Shown here: positions 54,648 to 64,000 of the stretch, piece by piece
Layout of the letters: the number at the start of each line of letters is the position of its first letter
Position numbering within the stretch: position 1 is the stretch's first letter
NCBI GenBank assembly: GCA_002811645.1
Contig: PDIP01000019.1
Location: 103,163 to 167,162 of the forward strand
From: Corallochytrium limacisporum Hawaii
Taxonomy: Eukaryota; Protista; Pluriformea
Direction of reading: 5' to 3'
Length of the DNA: 64,000 bases
The notes under the pieces: model-generated
What the model saw: the letters and a program-made list of their open reading frames with translations, nothing else
What the model was told of the DNA's origin: nothing
Database searches by the model: none
Position numbers and translations under genes: made by a program

Positions 54648-55460
54648 GGTTCCACCAGGCCCGCTAATGCCGATCCGACAAAGTGGCCTTGACAGATTGG
54701 CATACGATGAAACTGATTAAGCGAACTCAATGGGAAATTCACCTAAGTACCCTTTTGTAGCAACGATCAACTGTCACACGGAACGCCCCTCCTACATACC
54801 CACCACGCGCGCTCTGGCACGCACCCCACTCTCGCTGTGTACGCTCACACCCCAATGCGCCCGGAGAGACCCGCTTTTTCGCCTTTTGCAGAAGAAGAGG
54901 GAGTAAAATTAGGCCCCTGTTTTCGGGACTCATTTCTATGTGCTAGAGGTTCAACGGCTGGGATGTAAGAGGCCCCAACTGTCGTCTGGTAGGGTACGTG
55001 AGGGGTATCGAAGACTGAGAAGATTAAGGGGGTTTATCACCCAGATACCACATCCATAGATCAAGGGGTCTGGGTTTTGTAGGGTCTTCCTCTGCTTGAT
55101 ACCCAAAGAAATGCGCGAAAATCCGCCATTCAGAAGGAAGGGAGGGTGTTCTCGGCGGCGCCGCGGGGACTGTTCCCCGCTGAGAGGCAGAGCCATCGAA
55201 TCGGGACCAAGCGGTCTGGCGTCTGTCCATGGTCCATGGACTGGCTACTTTAGACGGTATCAAAGATAATTCCTCTCCAACCACAAGCCAGAGCATTGTG
55301 TCACAGAATTCTATTCCTGACATGTGACAAAATTAGTTCGGGATTCAGGGACCATATTTCCATGTGAAGATTCGTCGGGAGAATCGGACTGTCAAAGAGA
55401 CATGGACGGGTGACTAGAATATCATACTCGCCCTGTGCGGCGATATTAACAATCATCAAA

Positions 55461-58400
55461 ATGACTGACAAAGGAAAGAAGGCTGAAAAGCCCGCAAAAT
55501 CTGGAGAAGTTGGACGAGATCGGTCAACCAGTTTTGGTTATGTATCCCCTGAGCTTCTTCGCAAGTCTTCCGATCTCAGCGGGAATGCTTACCTTGTACA
55601 GGCTAGTAGTGAGTATTTCGATTTAGACACCAAGATGGCCGGTTTACGGGAAAGTGAGCTTTACGGCATGTCTACAGAAAATTTATCTGAGCCCCCGCGG
55701 CGTCGCTTGGATGTCACTGTACTCGACCCGGCTGAGATGGCTGCTGTTGACGGAGGGATTGCTAATGATCAGGAACCTAGATTCCCAAGAAGAGCCAACG
55801 TTTCGGCACTAGACTTGTATCGTGAAACAGATGCAGTTGCTTCTCAAGATGACAGTCCTCTCATTCGACATGAATCATCAGATCGTGTTGGGTCCAACGC
55901 AGACTCCCCGCTTCCTAATCGAGCCCGTGCTTTCAGCGGGAAGTCCATCATGAGCAATGAGCTGACTCCAAGAAAATCTGAAGTAATCATAAGTGGCACT
56001 GGACTGTATACGCAAATGTACTCTGTTGATGACTTAATTTGGTCCAATAGCATTTTTGTAAGACAGCACAAGGATGCTACCTTTGAGGCTAAAACTATTC
56101 GACAAGAAGTCTCATCGAAAGCACAGCAAAGGAAAGTCGTCGCCGAAGTGTTACAAATTTGTGGGAAAAGGGATCCTAAGCCGTCAGATGGAGAACGATT
56201 ACTGTTTTTGATGGGTCGCCTAAAGGCCGGTGAGAACGAAGCGTTCTTGCGACTCGCACCATGGGTGATCTGCAGCATGACCTATCATAATCTGATAGAG
56301 TCGAAGCGTTCGCAGGCAATGAGCAGTAGCACAGAGGCTGATTTTGAGGACTACAACGACTTGAAGCCGGTGGAGTTCTTAATCCGAACCTCACCTACCC
56401 CGCTGCATCTCTACCCGTTGATCTCCATTGCTCTCACCTCTACTCTAGCTGCCAAGCGGTCGCCAGCCAACGACGGGAAGAAACGAAAGGCAATCAACCT
56501 GCTGAAGTTCTTTGAGAGAGAGTACCCAGAGGTTGTCCAGGCCAGTATCCATAGTATCGTCAATCCGCTGTGGGCATTGCTTAGTGATTGTATCAGTGAA
56601 TCGACTCAGGACTACGAATTCGGATTGAAGGAGTCACCACTGGCGGAGGAATCACAAGATCAGATCGAACAATATCTGGCAGATGTTGCCAAGCGCGCCG
56701 AGCCCTCGGAATGGCTTAGTATGGTCATGAAAAATATTAACGTGGAGAGCTGGCATTTCCGGGGCCTTGTCAGAGGACTGTCAATCATCAAACGGTTGTT
56801 CATCTTACCAGACATTGGAGCGACCATGCTGAGTGTGCACAACAACAGCAGCTCAGACTGGGACTTGAGCAATCCCAACCTTCCAATTATCGGTGAGGTA
56901 ACGGCTAGAAGCGGACACAGTAGTCAAAGTCTACTGCCGGACCTGACCATCGACCCAGCAAACTACAATGGCCAAGGTCTCCACAAGCTATTCGCGGATG
57001 AGGCTCAGGCAATGATGTTAGTTCGTCTATTAGGGACCATCGTGCAATTACGCAAGTTACCGATTATCCACCATTTGGTAGTGGAAATAATCTCCCTGGG
57101 ATTTTATTTCGAGGAAAACCTTCCGGCTACACTTGCAGCAGAGATTTTTTCGCTAACCCTGGACATGTTGAGATCCCAGATTACTGTCAAATCCGACGGT
57201 GTCACCACGAACAAAGAACGGAACACAGCTCAGATGGAAGCTCAGGACTTAACTATTTCTGCTATCATTCAGCTCGCGAGCCATCAAGAAAGGCAACTGC
57301 AAAATGCTGGAGGCGCTATGCTCGCACAATTACCTGTGAGGGACAGCCTCTACATTTACACCAAGATCGTGGACACAGTATCATTGAGGAACTTGTTTGT
57401 GGGAAACACTTACAAGGACTTCTTGATCAAGTGCTTCATTGCAGGTCACAAAACGCTAAAACCAGACCTGCAGACCCTCAAGGGAATATTAGTGCAAGTT
57501 CAACGGCATGAGACGAAAGTGTTCTATGAGCCACTGATGCAGTCGATGGTAAGCGACATCGACATGAATATCTTTGAAGGTATATTTGCGTTGAAGGTCT
57601 ACAGGTCCTCCATTGGCTTTACGCATGCAATGCCTCCAGCACTCCTGACGGCTGCATTGACAAAGAAAGGTAATCACAGAGCCATTCTTCACTGGCTCAT
57701 TGAATTGAGTTACATCACCACAAAGTCGAAGTTGGGGGATGGGACCATTCGCCACCTAATTCGAATCGTTTCGATGCTCATGCAGCTACTAGAGAAAGTT
57801 TTGGCAGAACACTCGGAGGATCTCTCAAGTATGCTCAACTTTGAACCAGTGGGCGGTGTCGAAAGGAAGGAAAGCGGATCAGCGGAGGCAAGTAGTCAAG
57901 CTCGGCCGGTCATTTTGTCAAGGATCTTCCTCTCGCTAGTCTTTGATTTCATGGCCCGAGTAACTATGCTCAAGTTTCGTTCCAGACAGCGGCTTGCCCT
58001 GAGAGTCCCGCCCACCCTGTTGCAGAAGATTCTCCATCTTGTGAGCCTGGAGTTGCCTATTGCCTTGCGGGGCAATCATTTCCCTTCACTCGAGGACATG
58101 GAACTTAATGAGCTCTACCGGGTGTACTCAGTCATGACGTCCTATGCGGCGTTGTTCCTTCTACCGCGAGCGTCCGCACTGAGCGCACACGGTGAAAGTC
58201 AGCGAACCAGTCTTCTCGAACAGTGCAAAAAGTACGGTGAAAAAAGGCAGAAGATGATGCAATCGAACTTCCCTAGGAGTTTACTTGAGTCGGCGACAAC
58301 TCTCCTAGCCCTAAATTCAATTGGTATGAATCAAGAAGATCTGCTGCAGCTGCCCGATCTGTGTTCGTTGATGCTGTCTTATGACAATGAGAAAGTACGC

Positions 58401-61400
58401 AACTCTGCGGCTTTGCTTATGTTTACAGCTGGTGAAGCCAGTCCCATGCATCTACAGAAGGTTTTCGTGCAACATCTGTACGAGTCTGATCACTACAGAA
58501 GAAAGCTCCAGGTGATCAGACTGGCTCGCCTCTGGAGCAGGCGTAATGACTACGGGTATGTGCTCAGTGAAGATGAAAAACTACGTACAAACTCTTTCTT
58601 CAAAAAGGCTCCCCCTTTTTATCCATTCAATCAACCCTCACCAGCGGACACGATAAGCGAAACTTTGCTGGTTGTGCAAGGAGCACAAAGGGGGGTAAAA
58701 GCGTTTCAATCGTCAAGTGTCCACGCTGCAGCGAGCAAGATGGCCCCTACATTGGAACAAGTTGCTGCCTCCAAACAGACTACGGAAAACGCCAGCAATG
58801 ACAAGGTCAGCGCCATCGTAAAGAACTCTGGTATCGCCAATACCACTGTAACCATGCCAAAGGCCAAGTTCTCTCATGGGCATGGCCATTTCTCTCTGGG
58901 TACAGGTACGCTGAGTGGAATTTGCAACATCTTACATGCCTATCCACTTCTACATATTCTCAGTAATGTGGAAGATCTGCGGAATGACAAGTTCTTGTAC
59001 CCTAGACCATTCCAAACGGCTACTCTCGCAGTCATTGATCTGCTTGACGACAACGAAATTGATGTCTTAAGTCTCAGCAGCTCGTTTTTGCTCGAGTCCC
59101 TCGGTGAGGACTACCAACTGTTTTTCAGGCCGTTCATCGAGAGAATGAGCAACAAGCAACAAGACCGAAACATCGAGAGTGATATGCTGGCTAGACTGGA
59201 TCGGATGATGGTTCACATGCCATTACGAGTGGCTGCAAACTCAGCCACACAGATGTTTAATCACATCTGTGGGTTGATTGGTCACCTCGCTGGAACTGGT
59301 GGTGATCTTGGCCTGATTGCTGGCCATATGTCTGTGGCAGCCAGGCTCATTGACAGTGTGGGTTCCATAAGCTATGGTAGAATGCTCAAAGAACGAGTTG
59401 ATATCTGGATGCTTCCCTTTGGGTTAACGAAACAGCAATTGTCTGGGTTCTTTGCGAATGTGACAGTGCGTGCAAGATCACCATCTCCGTCCATGTTGCC
59501 AGAGGAATCGAGAAATACGCCTGATGACCAAGAAGGGGCTGACACCATGGAGTTTGAACATCTCCCTGGTAATCTATACATCTCCTTTCCCCTACAAATG
59601 GCATGTGTTGATGAACTTGGGAAGGACCATAGTCGTTTGTGGGATCAATACCTCATACTACAGACCAAACAGCTTGCGTTTATGCAGAGTTTGTGCTTGA
59701 GAGTACCAAAAGATGCCCCTACCCTTATCCGGAGATTCTATGAGAGTTTGGATGTCGCCAAAATCGTTTTGGTATTGTCGGGTACTGGTAGAGGCACAAA
59801 CAGATATGATGTTCTACTGAAGCGGAGATGGATTGAGCTCCTGAACAATTGCTTCTTGATTCTTCCTCAAGACTTTGTTTTCCAGAATGAGATACGGGTA
59901 ACCTTGCAGGTGTTCCAAAAAATGCTGACAAATGCACATCTCACGGGTGGCGCGGATTTGACTGTGCTAATGGGCATGCTGAAGTTTGTCGTGATCATCA
60001 GCGTCAGGTTTGCGATCACTGTACGCGAGTCTTGTATGAGTGTCATCGGAGAGACTCTAACGATCATGAAGTGGACTCAATGGCACAACCCGCAGGCCAA
60101 GCAAGCAATCGATTATGTGTGGTACCTTCTTTACACCAGCCATGGCCATCGGTTTTTGTTGCCTGCGTTTGGGTGCTGGAAGAAATATGCCGAACTCATC
60201 CGCACGAATGCACGCAAAGCACGAGTGAGTGATGCCTCCGCTGAGAACTTGATCTCGGGGGTATTGACACCGACTACGTCTCTTAGTGCGCGGGACTCTA
60301 ACGCCTGGACTGCAAGCGAAGGGGATACTTCTGGTAGCTTTATTATGGAGTCTGGAAGAGCAGAACTTGAAGTGCGGTCGGAAATGGTGATTGAAGAGGT
60401 CCTAATATCTCTCCTCCTGGCACTGACGAAGAAACCAGAGGTTGTTACGGAAATTGAGGATGCGTATATTGACGTCTGTGAGCAGAGTTTCATGATTGGT
60501 GTGCCTGTTGAATTAGAGTTCAAGCTGGTTCGCCGACAAGGTCGGACCATGCATGCGGATGTTACTGAATCTCTTGAAGAAATCTGGCGCCTAATGGTTA
60601 TCACTATGTTGTACGATGTCACAAGCCCAAGGAGCTCTGAAATTGCAACCGTGTTGACCTCTCTGTGCCATCGACTAATTCCAGCGCTGGATGTATCCGT
60701 TGTGCGATCCACCATTAAGCACAGTCTCACGAGTCTGCACTCTCGTATGAAGGCGATCAGCAAGTCACGGGCAGCTTCTAAGCCTGCAGTATTGCCATCA
60801 GGCTCAGGGGTGGACGAAGAAACTATACCTGTGGAGCTTTATTTCACTGCGACAGTATGCAATGCAATCTTCATCACGACATCACAAGCCATCGCAACGC
60901 ATAGGTCGAGTATCGATTTGGATGCAGAAGACGTGAAGAATGTTCTTCGGCTGATACGTCGCCTGCTCCAAACACCTGCGGCCTCGGCCATCAACTGGGA
61001 TTCAATTGTGGCTATCTTACACTGCCTCACACACATGCATCTGGACGATGTCCAGAACAACTTAACGCAAGTTTCCAAGATTCTTGTAACTACCACTCGC
61101 ATGGTTCGCAAGGACCCTCGGCCTCTGTACTTATCAAAGATGGTTCGTGTATTGGACGTACTTGTGAACAGTGGATTGCAAGGAGAAGCGTACCACAACC
61201 ACATAATGGCCTTCTGTACGGCTGCTCTCGAGGGTGCTCAGAAGTTCTATTGCCCACCGAGCCTGCGTGAAGCTTTGTATCGACTAATTACCCGGATGAC
61301 CAGAACTGGTTTCTCAGGATCGCTACAGTTGCTCGACATGATTGATGTTAATGACCATATGACTTTGGTTTATGTTGTGCTCCCCGTCTGCATCACCATT

Positions 61401-61892
61401 ACGCTTGAGGAGGCGGACCTAACTACCTACAGCAAATTGATGAACTTGTGCTTGAAAGCCTACAGGAACCACAGTCTGCGCACTCTCGCTGGAATTGGTG
61501 TACGGATGCTGATTGCAATGGGCCATCCTAAATATGCTCAGAATTGGAATCTCATCGGACGGACGATCGTTGACACCTGGGAAGATTCCGACGGCAACGG
61601 TGACGACCTCGCAAATTTCATATCAATGATCACATTTGCAATTCGTTATCGAACCCCTCTTTTTACAGTGCTTGAGCCAGTTATCGATGAAATGACGGGG
61701 AATTTGCAATTCACCACACTGCCTCTTGATGATCAAAATAAGGTGAAGCCGTTCAGCCACAGAATTGCAGCAGTACAGGCAGCAAGCCGCGGTGGGAGTA
61801 TGGATATGAACGAAGTGATTCGGCTTACCTGCAACGAATACTTTGAATACTGTGAGAGAAACAATGTTGGATTGACCTCTGTCGCATTGTAG
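55461..61892 (+). CDS. UNC80: ~2143-aa HEAT/armadillo solenoid, UNC80-like
   Basis: First ATG at 55461. Motifs SAALLMF...RLARLWSRR...FKKAPPFYPFNQPSP, LYPRPF...VIDLLDD...LGEDYQLFFRPFIERM, MFNHICGLI and AIDYVWYLLYTSHGHRFLL are collinear with UNC80 blocks as recalled. Confidence 0.72.
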   Translation: MTDKGKKAEKPAKSGEVGRDRSTSFGYVSPELLRKSSDLSGNAYLVQASSEYFDLDTKMAGLRESELYGMSTENLSEPPRRRLDVTVLDPAEMAAVDGGIANDQEPRFPRRANVSALDLYRETDAVASQDDSPLIRHESSDRVGSNADSPLPNRARAFSGKSIMSNELTPRKSEVIISGTGLYTQMYSVDDLIWSNSIFVRQHKDATFEAKTIRQEVSSKAQQRKVVAEVLQICGKRDPKPSDGERLLFLMGRLKAGENEAFLRLAPWVICSMTYHNLIESKRSQAMSSSTEADFEDYNDLKPVEFLIRTSPTPLHLYPLISIALTSTLAAKRSPANDGKKRKAINLLKFFEREYPEVVQASIHSIVNPLWALLSDCISESTQDYEFGLKESPLAEESQDQIEQYLADVAKRAEPSEWLSMVMKNINVESWHFRGLVRGLSIIKRLFILPDIGATMLSVHNNSSSDWDLSNPNLPIIGEVTARSGHSSQSLLPDLTIDPANYNGQGLHKLFADEAQAMMLVRLLGTIVQLRKLPIIHHLVVEIISLGFYFEENLPATLAAEIFSLTLDMLRSQITVKSDGVTTNKERNTAQMEAQDLTISAIIQLASHQERQLQNAGGAMLAQLPVRDSLYIYTKIVDTVSLRNLFVGNTYKDFLIKCFIAGHKTLKPDLQTLKGILVQVQRHETKVFYEPLMQSMVSDIDMNIFEGIFALKVYRSSIGFTHAMPPALLTAALTKKGNHRAILHWLIELSYITTKSKLGDGTIRHLIRIVSMLMQLLEKVLAEHSEDLSSMLNFEPVGGVERKESGSAEASSQARPVILSRIFLSLVFDFMARVTMLKFRSRQRLALRVPPTLLQKILHLVSLELPIALRGNHFPSLEDMELNELYRVYSVMTSYAALFLLPRASALSAHGESQRTSLLEQCKKYGEKRQKMMQSNFPRSLLESATTLLALNSIGMNQEDLLQLPDLCSLMLSYDNEKVRNSAALLMFTAGEASPMHLQKVFVQHLYESDHYRRKLQVIRLARLWSRRNDYGYVLSEDEKLRTNSFFKKAPPFYPFNQPSPADTISETLLVVQGAQRGVKAFQSSSVHAAASKMAPTLEQVAASKQTTENASNDKVSAIVKNSGIANTTVTMPKAKFSHGHGHFSLGTGTLSGICNILHAYPLLHILSNVEDLRNDKFLYPRPFQTATLAVIDLLDDNEIDVLSLSSSFLLESLGEDYQLFFRPFIERMSNKQQDRNIESDMLARLDRMMVHMPLRVAANSATQMFNHICGLIGHLAGTGGDLGLIAGHMSVAARLIDSVGSISYGRMLKERVDIWMLPFGLTKQQLSGFFANVTVRARSPSPSMLPEESRNTPDDQEGADTMEFEHLPGNLYISFPLQMACVDELGKDHSRLWDQYLILQTKQLAFMQSLCLRVPKDAPTLIRRFYESLDVAKIVLVLSGTGRGTNRYDVLLKRRWIELLNNCFLILPQDFVFQNEIRVTLQVFQKMLTNAHLTGGADLTVLMGMLKFVVIISVRFAITVRESCMSVIGETLTIMKWTQWHNPQAKQAIDYVWYLLYTSHGHRFLLPAFGCWKKYAELIRTNARKARVSDASAENLISGVLTPTTSLSARDSNAWTASEGDTSGSFIMESGRAELEVRSEMVIEEVLISLLLALTKKPEVVTEIEDAYIDVCEQSFMIGVPVELEFKLVRRQGRTMHADVTESLEEIWRLMVITMLYDVTSPRSSEIATVLTSLCHRLIPALDVSVVRSTIKHSLTSLHSRMKAISKSRAASKPAVLPSGSGVDEETIPVELYFTATVCNAIFITTSQAIATHRSSIDLDAEDVKNVLRLIRRLLQTPAASAINWDSIVAILHCLTHMHLDDVQNNLTQVSKILVTTTRMVRKDPRPLYLSKMVRVLDVLVNSGLQGEAYHNHIMAFCTAALEGAQKFYCPPSLREALYRLITRMTRTGFSGSLQLLDMIDVNDHMTLVYVVLPVCITITLEEADLTTYSKLMNLCLKAYRNHSLRTLAGIGVRMLIAMGHPKYAQNWNLIGRTIVDTWEDSDGNGDDLANFISMITFAIRYRTPLFTVLEPVIDEMTGNLQFTTLPLDDQNKVKPFSHRIAAVQAASRGGSMDMNEVIRLTCNEYFEYCERNNVGLTSVAL

Positions 61893-62109
61893 GCTTTCAA
61901 TCACAAATACATTCCTAATTTAATATAAGCTAAGCCACTAATTGAATTACATTGCTATCCGCGCACCAGAATTGAATTTTTATTGTCCGTCCCAGTGCAT
62001 ATTCCATACCATTTTATTGAAGACTCTAAAGTACGAATACGAATATACATCTACCTTTATTCCATATGGATTTGAATGATGCGAATGGTATCAAAATCCT
62101 TGAATACAT

Positions 62110-63432
62110 TTACTTGGACAAGACTGCATCAATAGATGAAGCAAGGTAGTCGACATTACCAGAAGTGACCCCAGCCATTGAAATTCGGCCATTGCTAGTC
62201 AGATAAATAGAATAATTGTCTGCCAACTGCTTGACTTCATCTGCACTCAAACCACTGAAACAGAACATGCCAATCTGATCTGTGATGTGATTCCATGAGC
62301 GATCATTCTTGCCTTCCTCCAGTCTCGCTCGAAGGGCTGTCCGCATATTCGCAATTCTACCAGCCATGGTTTTGACATCTTTGTCCCACATTTCCAGCAG
62401 CTGGTTGTCCGACAGAATTTTCTCTGCAATCTTTGCGCCTGACATGGGCGGGTTGGAGTACAGGGGACGAATTACAATTTTGAGCTGGCTCATGACAGCA
62501 GAAGCTTCCTCCGGGCTACCCGTCAAAATGTGCAAACCACCGATGCGGTGTCCATACAATCCCATATTCTTGGCGAAGGACTGACACAAGGCAAGCTCAT
62601 GGCCATCCTCTACAAATTTACGCAAACCGTAAGCATCCTTGTCAGCATCGCCGCTGGCAAAGCCCTGGTAGGCCATGTCAAAGACTACATAATGTCCCTT
62701 CTCTTTGAGCAGGTCAGATATCTCCTGCCACTGCTCCTTAGTCGGGTCGACACCGGTGGGGTTGTGGGCGCAGGCGTGCAGAAGGATCACGGACGGTTTA
62801 TCAATGGCTTTCAGGTCTTTAACCATGCCATCGAAGTCAAGACCGCATGTAGAAGGGTCATAGTACGTGTAGAAGTCAGTGGTGAACCCCGTGTCCTTGA
62901 AAATGGGAATGTGATTGCCCCAGGTTGGCTTAGGGAAGTAGATGGTCTTCTCGACTGGCAGGAAGCGTTGCAGGAATTCCGCCAGTACGCGCAGAGAACC
63001 CGTGCCACTCAAAGTCTGAGCACTCACCAGCGAACCGCTATTCAGAATTGAAGCACCCTTGCCAAAGGCAAACTCTGCAGCAAGTTTGCTGAACTTGGCA
63101 CTGCCCACAATTGGTCCGTATTCCTTGTCCTGGTTCTCAGCCATTATCTGCTTCTCAGCTTCCCGAACTGAGGGGGGGACCCAAGGCTTTCCAGCATCAT
63201 CACGGTACGCACCCACACCCAGATTGATTTTCTTTGGATTCGTGTCACGCTTGAAAGCCTCAGTCACACCCAAAATGGGATCCGGAGGCCCTTCCTTCAC
63301 GTCCTTAAACCAAGAGGCGAAACGCACGCTCAGAGCCGGGCCAGCGGTGGCATAGATCCCCTGCAAGGACCGTCCGGATGCCACTCCACTGCGGACAGTC
63401 GATAGACGTGCCTGATTGAGAACAGCTGCCAT
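62110..63432 (-). CDS. GOT2: Mitochondrial aspartate aminotransferase
   Basis: GPPDPILGVTEAFKRDTNPKKINLGVGAYRDD, LLHACAHNPTGVDP, PLP lysine motif SFAKNMGLYG, GRISMAG; N-terminal presequence. Confidence 0.97.
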   Translation of the reverse strand: MAAVLNQARLSTVRSGVASGRSLQGIYATAGPALSVRFASWFKDVKEGPPDPILGVTEAFKRDTNPKKINLGVGAYRDDAGKPWVPPSVREAEKQIMAENQDKEYGPIVGSAKFSKLAAEFAFGKGASILNSGSLVSAQTLSGTGSLRVLAEFLQRFLPVEKTIYFPKPTWGNHIPIFKDTGFTTDFYTYYDPSTCGLDFDGMVKDLKAIDKPSVILLHACAHNPTGVDPTKEQWQEISDLLKEKGHYVVFDMAYQGFASGDADKDAYGLRKFVEDGHELALCQSFAKNMGLYGHRIGGLHILTGSPEEASAVMSQLKIVIRPLYSNPPMSGAKIAEKILSDNQLLEMWDKDVKTMAGRIANMRTALRARLEEGKNDRSWNHITDQIGMFCFSGLSADEVKQLADNYSIYLTSNGRISMAGVTSGNVDYLASSIDAVLSK

Positions 63433-63490
63433 TTTTTTGGTGTTGCAGTATCTGCTCCGATGGTATCACCTCCTTCCAAAAACTGGAGTC

Positions 63491-63672
63491 CTGCAAGAAC
63501 TTTTCGTTAGTGTTGTGAAATACCCCAACACCGACATTTGACCACCCGAGCGGAAGTCAGACCGCCGCTACCCCTCATATTCAGGTGCTCATCGGGAATG
63601 CAAAGCGTCTTCTGATGCGGATTGATGAATAGTGGGTGATGGTGTTACGGGATGTGATCCCTGTGTACGTAC
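63491..63672 (-). other. Putative 5'-UTR intron of GOT2
   Basis: Branch point CACTAAC (63512-63506) and ttcttgcag acceptor at 63491. Donor uncertain (GTACGT at 63672 or GTATTT at ~63523). Confidence 0.6.
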
Positions 63673-64000
63673 GTGGGTTGTGTCGGTCTCCTCACGTCGT
63701 GGCCCCCCTCGTCGATTTCCCGTGCTCGCAACTTTTTTTGTTTGCGAGTTTTCGTCGACTTGTCCTCTCCGCAGATTAGACATTGAAATCTTCGCGGAAC
63801 CGTGACCCATCGGACCTCAAAATTTTTTCCTCGTTGGACAGGTTTCCTGCGGAACTACATGAAGGCCGAGGGTCTAATGTTCAGTATTGCTGGCTCTTTG
63901 ACAGACTCCACGTACAGCCCCTCCCCGCCCGCTTTACCGCGCCTTCATTGTGCTGTGTGTGAGAAAAAAGCACCTGGCTCACTCTGGGCATTGGGTTCAC

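Noticed and set aside
5785-63355. Numerous 60-260 aa antisense or alternate-frame ORFs inside the large genes (e.g. 5785-6573, 31023-31766, 60131-60763)
   Set aside because: Expected shadow ORFs of GC-balanced coding sequence; no independent motifs.
8509-63690. GAGACC hexamer recurring in promoter regions
   Set aside because: The by-eye count is not clearly above chance for a 6-mer on both strands.
1-64000. Non-standard genetic code or stop-codon readthrough
   Set aside because: Conserved proteins translate full-length with the standard code, and TAA, TAG and TGA all serve as terminal stops.

Overview
Compact eukaryotic nuclear DNA, probably from an intron-poor unicellular opisthokont/holozoan-like protist (inference from gene content; Corallochytrium-like is only a guess). 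It holds 17 apparently intron-free CDSs of 0.5-6.4 kb on almost perfectly alternating strands. In order: Cys/His zinc-cluster protein (+), CS-Sel1-tail-anchor protein (-), PPR-like mitochondrial protein (+), FASTK/RAP-like protein (-), mitochondrial 2Fe-2S ferredoxin (+), EF-hand protein (-), a ~9.5 kb ORF-poor stretch, a mitochondrial carrier (+), DHDDS-type cis-prenyltransferase (-), OPR-like protein (+), WDR24 (-), divergent NUDT21 (-), large RbfA-domain protein (+), NAXE (-), FG-extended NUP93 (+), DDX31/DBP7 (-), UNC80-like (+), GOT2 (-). The most striking item is the carrier, which fuses two PKA/PKG-type cyclic-nucleotide-binding domains, an aralar/citrin-type EF-hand module and an adenine-nucleotide-type SLC25 domain. 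Also notable: a putative transcription factor with a viral fibre-head-like C-terminus, splice signals confined to 5' leaders (several with abutting acceptor/donor sites), and an UNC80 homologue. All family calls are by-eye motif comparisons from memory; no searches were run. No tRNA, rRNA, CRISPR array or intact mobile element was recognised. Two assembly gaps are present.
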